NCBI GenBank assembly: GCA_963758295.1
Contig: CAVWUU010000004.1
Coordinates: forward strand, 512,001 to 576,000
Direction of reading: 5' to 3'
From: Candidatus Eremiobacteria bacterium
Lineage (GTDB): Bacteria > Vulcanimicrobiota > Vulcanimicrobiia > Vulcanimicrobiales > Vulcanimicrobiaceae
Length of the DNA stretch: 64,000 nt
Under the pieces are notes generated by a model, which worked only from the letters and a program-made list of their open reading frames with translations, ran no database searches and was not told the origin of the DNA. Made by a program: the position numbers and the translations under genes. Shown in pieces: positions 24,475 through 33,046 of the stretch (its first letter is position 1; the number at the start of each line of letters is the position of its first letter).

Positions 24475-24882
24475 ATGGAGCACCTCAGATGTGCCGTTCT
24501 GAGCAGCGACCAAGATGCCACTAACAGATTTAGTTGTGTACTTGTCGAGGCCGGCTACGATCGTCCACGATGCTTGGAAGCTCTTGGCGTTGCAAAACTC
24601 GGGACGTATGAACCATCGGTCTTGATGGTCGACTTCGATCACTTTCGAAGCGATCAGCTGGAGTCGATTAGGCAGCTTCGTTTCGTCTTACCAGATTGCG
24701 CGATCGTGGTTGTGTCGTCGAATCTCCAGAGAACGTGGGCCAGAAGGTGCCATATGGCCGGTGCCAACGCGGTGCTTTCCAGTGGAAGCGGCGCGAAACA
24801 CATGCTCGCCGGCCTTCAGCGCGCAGTCCGTACAGGTTGTTACACCGACCCGGACTTTGCCACTAACGCAGCGGAGCAATAG
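24475..24882 (+). CDS. Stand-alone receiver-like domain protein
   Basis: EPSVLMVDFD, LESIRQLRFVLPDCAIVVVS, AGANAVL. Confidence 0.65.
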   Translation: MEHLRCAVLSSDQDATNRFSCVLVEAGYDRPRCLEALGVAKLGTYEPSVLMVDFDHFRSDQLESIRQLRFVLPDCAIVVVSSNLQRTWARRCHMAGANAVLSSGSGAKHMLAGLQRAVRTGCYTDPDFATNAAEQ

Positions 24883-25047
24883 CGGGCCGAGTAGTTCCGA
24901 CGTCACAGATTGCAAATATTTTTGCCCGACTCGGCGCGTCATCGCATGCTATGATCGTTGCCAGTTGCCCTATTTCGCTTTGCGGCATTTGCCTTTCCCG
25001 GGCGCGCATAGCACGTAACGAACTCGCACACCGACAAGGAGCGCGCG

Positions 25048-25353
25048 ATGCTCGAGCACCTGACTCAGATTCAGCCGCTGCTGGCAATCGGCGTGATGGT
25101 TAGCACGGCGGCAACCGATGCGGTGTACGTGCTCTTCACGTCAGCGGTTGCGGGACGGCATCGAATTGCCGCCTCAAGCTGGAGCAGCGTGTGGTATTTG
25201 CTTTCGTCGTTCGCTGTAATCACGTACACGCGTGATTGGACCTACGTGGTCTTCGCGGCGATCGGTTCGTGGATCGGTGCATACATCTCGATGACGTTCT
25301 TGCATGCGTCGTCGCAAGCACCGAAGCCCCCGCTCGCCCGGACGCCGCCGTAA
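25048..25353 (+). CDS. Small membrane protein
   Basis: Hydrophobic segments; AAGGAG SD. Confidence 0.65.
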   Translation: MLEHLTQIQPLLAIGVMVSTAATDAVYVLFTSAVAGRHRIAASSWSSVWYLLSSFAVITYTRDWTYVVFAAIGSWIGAYISMTFLHASSQAPKPPLARTPP

Positions 25354-25476
25354 ACGCGTAGATATTTATACGGGAGAAACACGGCAACATCGAGCTTCGG
25401 AGATTTAAGCGGGACGTCTAACGCCAGCTTGGCGGTTGGCGTAAAGCCGGGCTCCCGGTGGTAAAATCGTTACGTT

Positions 25477-26022
25477 ATGGTAATCGGAATTGTCGGTGCG
25501 GACGATCGCGCGGTGACGATCGCCCGCCAGCTTCGGACCTGCGGGCACACCGTGAGCTTTAGCGACCCTAACGGCGTGGACCACGCCGACAAAGCGGTCG
25601 CGGCGCTAGCCGACCCGGCGGTTACCGCTACGACGACCTACAATCAAGCCGCCACGTGCGAGACCTTGATCCTCGCGATCCATTGGGAAGACATGGACAA
25701 GACGCTAACGCAGCTGGGGGACTATAAGGACGGCGTGGTCATTGACGCCATGCGTCCACCGCACATTGACGGCGCCGAAAATAGTGCGCTCGTGCTCGAG
25801 AAGAAACTCGATAACCGCCATGTGGTGAAAGCCTTCGTCGAAGAGCCGCTGCCTCGCGGTGAAATTCGCGTCGCGTCCGACGACCCCGAAGCGCGCATGA
25901 TGGTATGCGAGTTGATAGACTCTTGCGGCGGCAAAGCGGTTGATGCGGGGGCCCTCGCCGAAGCTCTGCAAATCGAACGCCGTTTTTCGGACGAAACGAA
26001 AGCGATCAGAGGAACCATATAA
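25477..26022 (+). CDS. NAD(P)-binding Rossmann-fold protein (F420-dependent NADP oxidoreductase-like, degenerate glycine motif)
   Basis: IGIVGA, LILAIHW, VVIDAM, HVVKAF, ASDDPEA, AVDAGAL...IE. Confidence 0.7.
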   Translation: MVIGIVGADDRAVTIARQLRTCGHTVSFSDPNGVDHADKAVAALADPAVTATTTYNQAATCETLILAIHWEDMDKTLTQLGDYKDGVVIDAMRPPHIDGAENSALVLEKKLDNRHVVKAFVEEPLPRGEIRVASDDPEARMMVCELIDSCGGKAVDAGALAEALQIERRFSDETKAIRGTI

Positions 26023-26639
26023 GCAGATATACCGGGCTCGCCTGCGTATGCGTTACGCTCAGCGGCGCGCTCCTTGGCAACGTTGCCACCGAGAAACTTG
26101 TCGACGCCGGCCTTTTCGCAGGAAGCGCTTACGACGCTCACCATGAATCGGTCGGTATCGTCATGTTTCTCACTGCGTGCGCGCTCTTTGTGCTCGCGGG
26201 ATCGCTCCTGGGCGCCGATCTTCCATCGTTGCGACGATTGCTCACCGAACAACGATCGGGAGCCGCGGTCGTCGTCGAGTTTTTTCTCGGCGTCGCGGGC
26301 GCCATGTCGGTTATTCTGCTGATGGAAGGCTACGAGACCCATTTCGGCGGGCTCTCACCCTTCGATCCGCATGCGGTGCTCATGCACGATGCGCCGGCTA
26401 CGATCGTCGTCTACATTGCCGTCTTCGCGATCGCGCGATGGCTCATCGATCGCTTCGCTCAAGTAGTCGGCGCAGCCGGCCTTATTCTCGGCGCGGCGTT
26501 CTCGCTTATTCGCCGCAATCGCTCCGGCGGTGCGCCGCTACGGCGCGAGCGTAGCAAACCGGTTCTTTCGCCGGCTCGCAATGTTTGCAGCCGGCAAGGT
26601 GAACTTCGAGCGCCTCCGCGCGCAACCGTGGCCCTTTAA
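26019..26639 (+). CDS. Multi-pass membrane leader protein with C-terminal RAPP ribosome-arrest motif (206 aa if the ATA start is used)
   Basis: The frame is open upstream of ATG 26163 to an ATA at 26019 with AGAGGA SD. About 5 hydrophobic segments, His-containing loops, ends ELRAPPRATVAL 24 nt before a TonB receptor. Confidence 0.65.
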   Translation: MSRYTGLACVCVTLSGALLGNVATEKLVDAGLFAGSAYDAHHESVGIVMFLTACALFVLAGSLLGADLPSLRRLLTEQRSGAAVVVEFFLGVAGAMSVILLMEGYETHFGGLSPFDPHAVLMHDAPATIVVYIAVFAIARWLIDRFAQVVGAAGLILGAAFSLIRRNRSGGAPLRRERSKPVLSPARNVCSRQGELRAPPRATVAL

Positions 26640-26667
26640 CACCACGCTGCTCCGGGGTTCGCCATGT
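26594..26667 (+). promoter_or_regulatory. Predicted mRNA stem sequestering the TonB receptor SD and AUG
   Basis: GGTGAACTTCG (26598-26608) pairs with CGGGGTTCGCC (26653-26663), 11 bp with 3 G-U. AGC/GCT extends the stem inward and GCA/TGT extends it over the AUG. Confidence 0.55.
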
Positions 26668-29408
26668 CAGGATTCTTCAGACGCGCCTTCGCCGCGTCTT
26701 CGCTCGCATTACTCCTTCCATTTCTTTCGATAGCTTCGATTCGCGCCGCGGAAGCTACGACCGGGACGATCGCGGGAACCATTTCCGACAGCGATCACCA
26801 TCCCGTGGTCAACGCCGACGTAACGGCTACTTCGCCGTCGGCTCGCTTCGAGACGAAAAGCGACGCCGCGGGCCACTTCGCCATCTACGGCGTCGCGCCG
26901 GACACGTACGCCGTCTCCGTGCATGCCGGCGGCTACGACTCCCTTTCACAAGCCGGCATCACCGTTCTCGCAGGAACACGCCAAATGGTGGTCTTTCAAC
27001 TGGTGAAGCAACTCAAGACCATCGCTACGGTCCGGGCGACGGTGCGTGCCTTCACCGCAGGATCGACGAGCGACACATTCACGGTATCCGGGTCCGCCGC
27101 TCGCGCGCAGATGCCGGCCGCCGGAAGCGCCGGTCTTGCAACCTACACCCGAGGCACCGTGCAAGGCGCCATCTCCGGCGTGCCGGGCATCGAACAAGAT
27201 CCGTTCGCCAACGCAATCGTTCGCGGGGGGAAGATTGATGATGCGGTGTTTACCTACGACTCCGTTCCAATTCCCCAAGGACTCGTGGCGGAGCCGGGAG
27301 GCAACGTTGTCGGCGCGCAGCTCGCAACCACCGGCATCGGTGAAACCACGGTTACGCTCGCTGGATTTACGACCCAATCCGATAACGCGCTAGGCGGCGT
27401 GATCAATGAAATCCCGCTTACCGGCGTGTATCCCGGAACGACGGAGGTGCAAACGGCTACGGGCATCGGCTCCGGCAACCGCGAGGTGCAGCTTCGGTCA
27501 CAATGGGCGACGCCGGATCTCAAATGGCGCTACGCATTCGCCGGAACTGCCGGCAGCGAAGATTTTTTATATGGCGACGGACATTCGTTCTATCCCGCGG
27601 AGATCGGAACGTTCGGTCTGGCGCTGTCGACGCGCGCTCAGTGGTCGATGGCCGGAAACGTGCATTACCAAGTGCGTCAGCACGACGATCTTGCGCTGAT
27701 CGGACTCGTAGGCGAAGCGACGTACAATCAATACGGAACGCCCTTTACCGGCGAGACGTACGGGTTTCTCAACGGATCTTCGACGGCATTTCCCGGTGGC
27801 CAACCGGCGGACCGGCAAGTCGACACGCCTTCGATGATTCGCGGAACCTACGATGTTGTGAAAGCGCAGTGGTCGCACGCCCGGCCGAAATCGTTCTTTC
27901 GCGCGCAACTCTACCAATCGCAGTTTGGCGCCGGTGCGAACGGGCCGTTCTGGGATGACAACGGATTTCCGGACGGAGCCATTTCGATCTATCAACGCCA
28001 GGGCGGGCGTCTCACCGGCATTGGCGTCGACGTTCAAGCTGACGCGGGCGAGCGGCACAACGTCTACTACGGCGTCGATTATCGTTCGTCGGCCTCGTGG
28101 CTCGATCAAATCGTTCCGACGGCGGACGAACTGATCACTTCGAACCCAAGCATAATTACGACGCTCGCGTATCTAGGTGATACGTGGAGCATGTCGCCGC
28201 GTTTTGATCTCGGGATGACTTTACGCGCGGTCCATGCGGGCATCGCTCGTAGCGATGGTCCCGGCTACGCCATTGGCGCGCTCGATCCGCATCTATCGCT
28301 CGCGTACCGGTTCGGTGATGCCTTTGCGTTCCGCACGACCTACGATCGCACGACGGTAGTTCCAAAGGGTCTCGAAGTCGACCGCACCGACTCTACAAAC
28401 GTCGATCAACACGGCAACCCGGCGCCGACAACGCAGCTTGCGCCGGAAGCCGGCGACTTCTTCACGTATTCGCTCGAACATAGCGGCGCGACGCGCGCAC
28501 GTTTGACCTACTTCGCGCAACGTGAAACAAATCGCATAGATGTCCTGCCTTATAACTTCCGTCAGGCGATCGCCAACGGGCAGGTGCCGAACGGGCTGGG
28601 CATTCCGAGCAACGCCGGAACGCTGCGCGCTCACGGTCTGGAGTTCTGGATGCAACGCAGCGGCTTTACGTTCGACGCAGACTACATTCGTGCGCTCTCC
28701 TCCAGCGCTTCGCAATTCGCGTATAACGAGCTCAACGCGCCCGCGACCGCTGCCGGACATCTCTTTCCCGCGTCGTACGTTCCGGATCTTGAGGCGTCAG
28801 TATCGTACGAGATTCGTTTAACTCGCAACTTGCGCATCATCCCGTCGCTTTCGTACGAAACCGGATTTCCTTATGGAGTCGGGCGTAAGGTTTGGATTTT
28901 CGACGCTGGCGGGCATCCGATGCAAGTCAACAACGACAATAACGTCAATCCGGGTTACAACTATTACTTCCTGCGCGATCCCTCGCAATCGTTCAACGCT
29001 TTGTCGAACCCTTATATCGGTTCTCTCGGCACTCCCGAGGGCAACGACCCGAATACGCTTCGCACGCCACCGCAAACGCTCGTCTCACTCGAGGCGCGTC
29101 TCGACGTTCATCCGCGCACTTCAATCGTGCTCGATGTCTCTAACTTCTTTGGAACTTCAGCTCCCACCGAACTGACGAGCAATCCATATCTCATTGGACC
29201 ACCGGGCTACACGGGCGGCAAGCCGTCTTATGCCTCCTGGTATCAGCAACAACTCGGCAGCAATAAACCGTACACACTGGGAAACGGCATTCCGACTAGC
29301 AACGGCTACTCGCAAATTCTGCCGTGGACATATGGAACCGCCGGCTACGTCCCATCTTCTTATCCCCTCGCACGCAGCGTTCGATTACGCATCATTTGGC
29401 AACTCTAA
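26664..29408 (+). CDS. TonB-dependent receptor with N-terminal carboxypeptidase-regulatory-like domain
   Basis: Signal peptide, TGTIAGTISD..PVVNADV..GHFAIYGV.PDTY, plug VRGG..D, ALGGVINEI, alternating barrel strands, C-terminal RLRIIWQL. Confidence 0.85.
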   Translation: MSGFFRRAFAASSLALLLPFLSIASIRAAEATTGTIAGTISDSDHHPVVNADVTATSPSARFETKSDAAGHFAIYGVAPDTYAVSVHAGGYDSLSQAGITVLAGTRQMVVFQLVKQLKTIATVRATVRAFTAGSTSDTFTVSGSAARAQMPAAGSAGLATYTRGTVQGAISGVPGIEQDPFANAIVRGGKIDDAVFTYDSVPIPQGLVAEPGGNVVGAQLATTGIGETTVTLAGFTTQSDNALGGVINEIPLTGVYPGTTEVQTATGIGSGNREVQLRSQWATPDLKWRYAFAGTAGSEDFLYGDGHSFYPAEIGTFGLALSTRAQWSMAGNVHYQVRQHDDLALIGLVGEATYNQYGTPFTGETYGFLNGSSTAFPGGQPADRQVDTPSMIRGTYDVVKAQWSHARPKSFFRAQLYQSQFGAGANGPFWDDNGFPDGAISIYQRQGGRLTGIGVDVQADAGERHNVYYGVDYRSSASWLDQIVPTADELITSNPSIITTLAYLGDTWSMSPRFDLGMTLRAVHAGIARSDGPGYAIGALDPHLSLAYRFGDAFAFRTTYDRTTVVPKGLEVDRTDSTNVDQHGNPAPTTQLAPEAGDFFTYSLEHSGATRARLTYFAQRETNRIDVLPYNFRQAIANGQVPNGLGIPSNAGTLRAHGLEFWMQRSGFTFDADYIRALSSSASQFAYNELNAPATAAGHLFPASYVPDLEASVSYEIRLTRNLRIIPSLSYETGFPYGVGRKVWIFDAGGHPMQVNNDNNVNPGYNYYFLRDPSQSFNALSNPYIGSLGTPEGNDPNTLRTPPQTLVSLEARLDVHPRTSIVLDVSNFFGTSAPTELTSNPYLIGPPGYTGGKPSYASWYQQQLGSNKPYTLGNGIPTSNGYSQILPWTYGTAGYVPSSYPLARSVRLRIIWQL

Positions 29409-30280
29409 CCCCCGTCATCGTGAGCTTGTCGAACGAGAGGCGCATATCAACACAGGCCATCTCGATCAGCGAAAAACGTAAGGCGATCGCGCAAGCTCAA
29501 GGTGAGATGCGCTTGTCCTTCGACGGGCTCAGGATGACGGGGGTACGTTCATCCAGACGGTGCACTATCGAAAATCGACCTCCGAACACTCTACCCCGTC
29601 ATCGTGAGCTTGTCGAACGAGAGGCGCATATCAATACAGGCCACCTCGACCACCGAGAAACGTAAGGCGATCGCGCAGCTCAAGGTGAGATGCGCTTGTC
29701 CTTCGACGGGCTCAGGATGACGGGGGTACGTTCATCCAGACGGTGCACTATCGAAAATCGACCTCCGAACACTCTAACCCCCGTCATCGTGAGCTTGTCG
29801 AACGAGAGGCGCATATCAACACAGGCCATCTCGATCAGCGAAAAACGTAAGGCGATCGCGCAAGCTCAAGGTGAGATGCGCTTGTCCTTCGACGGGCTCA
29901 GGATGACGGGGGTACGTTCATCCAGACGGTGCACTATCGAAAATCGACCTCCGAACACTCTAACCCCCGTCATCGTGAGCTTGTCGAACGAGAGGCGCAT
30001 ATCAACACAAGCCATCTCGGTCAGCGAAAAACGTAAGGCGATCGCGCAAGCTCAAGGTGAGATGCGCTTGTCCTTCGACGGGCTCAGGATGACGGGGGTA
30101 CGTTGATCCGGACGGTGCACTATCGAAAATCGACCTCCGAACACTCTAACCCCCGTCATCGTGAGCTTGTCGAACGAGAGGCGCATATCAACACAGCCCC
30201 TCTCGGACACCGCAAACCGGAGCGATCGCGCAAGCTCAAGGTGAGATGCGCTCGTCCTTCGACAAGCTCAGGATGACGGG
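29403..30280. repeat. Tandem array of about 186-bp units, each containing an inverted REP pair
   Basis: Units start at 29403, 29589, 29772, 29958 and 30144 (partial); each has CGTCATCGTGAGCTTGTCGAACGA...TCCTTCGACGGGCTCAGGATGACG. Confidence 0.9.
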
Positions 30281-30410
30281 TCGGAACAAGCCGTCGGCGT
30301 GAGCGGGGGAACGCCTTTTTTGCGTTGGCTGCGTGAAGATCGATACAGTACAGACACTCCGCATCGCGTTGATCGTGATAGTGATGGCGAAGCCGGCCGT
30401 CTTCGCTCAC
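30156..30410 (-). CDS. Possible small His/Cys protein at the end of the xox operon (C-terminus runs into the REP array)
   Basis: GTG 4 nt after the cytochrome stop; HHYHDQRDAECLYCIDLH. Confidence 0.3.
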   Translation of the reverse strand: MSEDGRLRHHYHDQRDAECLYCIDLHAANAKKAFPRSRRRLVPTRHPELVEGRAHLTLSLRDRSGLRCPRGAVLICASRSTSSR

Positions 30411-30414
30411 ACGA

Positions 30415-30837
30415 TTAGTCCTTAACGATCGGTGCCTTTGACTTCGTAGCGCTGCTAAAGCTCAGCGGCGATCCGCCGGCCTTGTAACCGTTCTTGCTTA
30501 GGATGAACGCCATGACATTTACGTATTGGTCATGCGAAAGCGACGCAGGCGCGTTCATCGGCATGTTGGTCGTCATGTACGTAAAAATATCGGAAACGCT
30601 CGCGTGCACTTTGGTGCTCAAAGTCTTGAAATTCGGACCGGTAAGCGCCGGCCCGGCACCGCCTTCGAGTGACGCGCCGTGACACATCGCGCAACTCGTG
30701 GCGAACTGCTTCGAGCCCGCCGTGGCTTGTGCTGCCGAAAAGGTTACCGGCGCACCAGCCGCCCGCGGATGCCCCGCTGAAACGGCCGCGACCGCGACGA
30801 GCGCGGCACTCGCGAGAACTGCTGGAATGGCTTTCAC
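30415..30837 (-). CDS. Periplasmic monoheme cytochrome c, probable XoxF electron acceptor
   Basis: Signal peptide, CAMCH, distal MP (TNMPMNAP); GGAGG upstream. Confidence 0.85.
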   Translation of the reverse strand: MKAIPAVLASAALVAVAAVSAGHPRAAGAPVTFSAAQATAGSKQFATSCAMCHGASLEGGAGPALTGPNFKTLSTKVHASVSDIFTYMTTNMPMNAPASLSHDQYVNVMAFILSKNGYKAGGSPLSFSSATKSKAPIVKD

Positions 30838-30844
30838 CTACGCG

Positions 30845-31300
30845 TTATCCTCCGTGCACCTGGCGGTGAACTTCATCGAGGTCTTCAAGCGTATTCAACG
30901 TTACCGCGTCGGAAATCGTCGCGTCTTGAATGCCCGAGGAGCCGCGCATCTTCGTCGCCAGGTCGTCGGCATGGTTGTAGCCATGCACCGCGTCGTTGTG
31001 CTTGCGGATCGTTTCCGGTGAAATCGAGCCGCCGTTCTGCTGGATCACCCATTGCTCGAACTGCATATACGTCGGCTTGTTTTGCCGGACGAAGGCCATC
31101 GTTTTATCGCGGTCGAGATTGAGACCGCTAAGGGTCATCGCATCGAAGCCGTGCCCGCACTCGTCGTAATCGTCGGGCAGTAATCCCTTGCTCGCGAGCG
31201 TCAGCTTCAACCAGAGACGCGGAAGGTGGATCGCTCCGAGCGGACCCGCAGTGTCGGAGCTCATCAATGGAACGATTTTTTGCGACGTTGCGCTTTGCAT
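30845..31300 (-). CDS. DUF5069-like protein
   Basis: VPLMSS..AGPLG..HLPRLWLK, GFDAMTL, KPTY.QFE.WV, LN.LED; AAGGAG SD. Family assignment from recall. Confidence 0.65.
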   Translation of the reverse strand: MQSATSQKIVPLMSSDTAGPLGAIHLPRLWLKLTLASKGLLPDDYDECGHGFDAMTLSGLNLDRDKTMAFVRQNKPTYMQFEQWVIQQNGGSISPETIRKHNDAVHGYNHADDLATKMRGSSGIQDATISDAVTLNTLEDLDEVHRQVHGG

Positions 31301-31322
31301 GTAGAGTCTTCTCCTTACTTGA

Positions 31323-32246
31323 CTAGGCGGGAGTAGAAGCGGCGTCGCGCGATCGCGCGCCGTGGCGGGATAGGAACGTTAGCTCCGATACGCCCGATTT
31401 GTCGAGGTTCCCAAGACCCTCGGCTTTCATCGTTTCGTATTGGTCGAACGTCGCTTGCGCAAGCGGAAGCTTCAAGTCGACGTCCTGGGCAAGCCCTAAG
31501 GCGATGCCCGAGTCCTTGGCGGCATGCTCCGCGGAGAAGTACACGTCGTGTTCGCGATTCTGCATGTCTTCGCCGTCGGTCTGGAGCACGCGCGAGTTTG
31601 CGCCGGTTTCCGAAAACACTTCTCGCAGCATCGTCAAATCCAGGCCAAGCGCGTCGGCTAAACCTAAACCTTCGGCGAGACCGGCGGTATTGATGTTCAT
31701 CACCATATTGACCAGCGCTTTGACTTGCGCGGCGCGACCCGCTTCGCCGATGTATTTCAGCGATGAGCTAAGCTCTTTGAGCATTGGCTCCATTTGCTCG
31801 AAAATCTCTTTACGGCCGCCGATCATCAGGTACAGCGTCCCGTTGCGCGCCTGAGGGATCGAGCTCGCCATACACGCTTCGATGGAATGTGCGCCTACGG
31901 CTTCCGCGCGCCGCTGGACCTCTACGTGAATGCCCGGCGTCACGGTGGCCGTATTGATAAAGATCTTGCCCTTGGCGTCTTTCAGTAGTGAATCGCCCGA
32001 CTCGGCAAAGATTTTGTTCATCGCCGCGTCGTCGGTGACGACGGTAATGATCACGTCGGCGTTTTGCGTGACTTCCCCAAGCGTGCGTACCGCGTTGCCG
32101 CCGACCTGCTTTGCCGTTTCCTCTGCGGATTCTGGCCGAATGTCGTACAGCACCGTTACGGGATAGCCGACGTCTTTCAAACGCAGCGCCATATTGGCGC
32201 CCATGCGTCCCGTTCCCACAACGCCGATGCGCGGTTGCGCGCTCAT
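31323..32246 (-). CDS. NAD(P)-dependent beta-hydroxyacid dehydrogenase family oxidoreductase
   Basis: GVVGTGRMGANMA, catalytic KALVNM, AKDSGIA; the usual DAPVSGG motif is replaced by EACMASS; ATGA overlap with xoxJ. Confidence 0.85.
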   Translation of the reverse strand: MSAQPRIGVVGTGRMGANMALRLKDVGYPVTVLYDIRPESAEETAKQVGGNAVRTLGEVTQNADVIITVVTDDAAMNKIFAESGDSLLKDAKGKIFINTATVTPGIHVEVQRRAEAVGAHSIEACMASSIPQARNGTLYLMIGGRKEIFEQMEPMLKELSSSLKYIGEAGRAAQVKALVNMVMNINTAGLAEGLGLADALGLDLTMLREVFSETGANSRVLQTDGEDMQNREHDVYFSAEHAAKDSGIALGLAQDVDLKLPLAQATFDQYETMKAEGLGNLDKSGVSELTFLSRHGARSRDAASTPA

Positions 32247-33046
32247 GTAGAACCTCCGGGTTCGAAGAAGCTGATGTGATAGGCACGAAGCACGTTCGTC
32301 AGATCCGCTTCATGGCTGCTGATGACTCGGTTAACCTGATCGATAAGTCCTGTATTGTCGCTTCGCGCCGCCATCGCCATAGGGAAGCTGTACTGCTCCG
32401 GCGAGCCTTGGGTACGCGAGTTCGGAATCGTAACCGCGTGGAGATCGGGATACTTTGGAAGGTAGTAGCCGACCGCCGGCGCCCACGTGAGCCCCACGTT
32501 GATTTGGTTGCTTTCCAAAGCCGCTAAAATGTCAGCCGGCGACCCCGACTCGCTATCGGCCGTATCGAAGTGTTTGGCATTGACGGTCAAGGCTCGAAGT
32601 TTCAGTCCATTTTCCGCGGGGGTGTCGCCTTCGTACCCGATCTTCATTCGCTGGAGCGCCGGTGAATCGAGCGACGTTACGTCGTACGGAGAGTTCTTCT
32701 TCAACACGAAGACGTACGAAGAAATGTAATACGGCTTCGACGTTTTGACGGTCGTCATAGCATACGGCACGTCGACGATCAGATCGCACTTCCCAGCGTT
32801 GAGCTGGTTGTGAATCATTTCGTCGAAGCCGTCGCCGCGCGTTGACGCCCACACGAATTTGACCGGCCGGTTCAAGCCACGTGCGACGATCGCCGCGATC
32901 TTATTTTCGAACCCTTGACCGGCGCGATTGGAATACGGCATATAGTCCGGATCGGCGCAGACCCGTAGCGGCGTCTGCGCTTGCGCCGTGCCTAAAGTGA
33001 GCGCGGCCAGTGCCGCGCTCACAATCATGACCCGTATCATTCTCAT
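32243..33046 (-). CDS. xoxJ: XoxJ/MxaJ-like periplasmic substrate-binding protein
   Basis: LRVCADPDYMPYSNRAGQGFENKIA, GKCDL, PYY.SSYVFV, WAPAVGY; ATGA overlap with xoxF. Confidence 0.85.
   Translation of the reverse strand: MRMIRVMIVSAALAALTLGTAQAQTPLRVCADPDYMPYSNRAGQGFENKIAAIVARGLNRPVKFVWASTRGDGFDEMIHNQLNAGKCDLIVDVPYAMTTVKTSKPYYISSYVFVLKKNSPYDVTSLDSPALQRMKIGYEGDTPAENGLKLRALTVNAKHFDTADSESGSPADILAALESNQINVGLTWAPAVGYYLPKYPDLHAVTIPNSRTQGSPEQYSFPMAMAARSDNTGLIDQVNRVISSHEADLTNVLRAYHISFFEPGGST

Noticed and set aside
25048..25353. Second arrest peptide (ends ARTPP)
   Set aside because: The motif deviates from RAPP/RAGP, the next gene is over 120 nt away, and no SD-sequestering stem was seen.
29324..30410. 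Repeat-protein ORFs (VIVSLSNER/FDGLRMT/RHPELVEG) in the arrays
   Set aside because: These are translations of REP palindromes, open in several frames on both strands, with no SD support.
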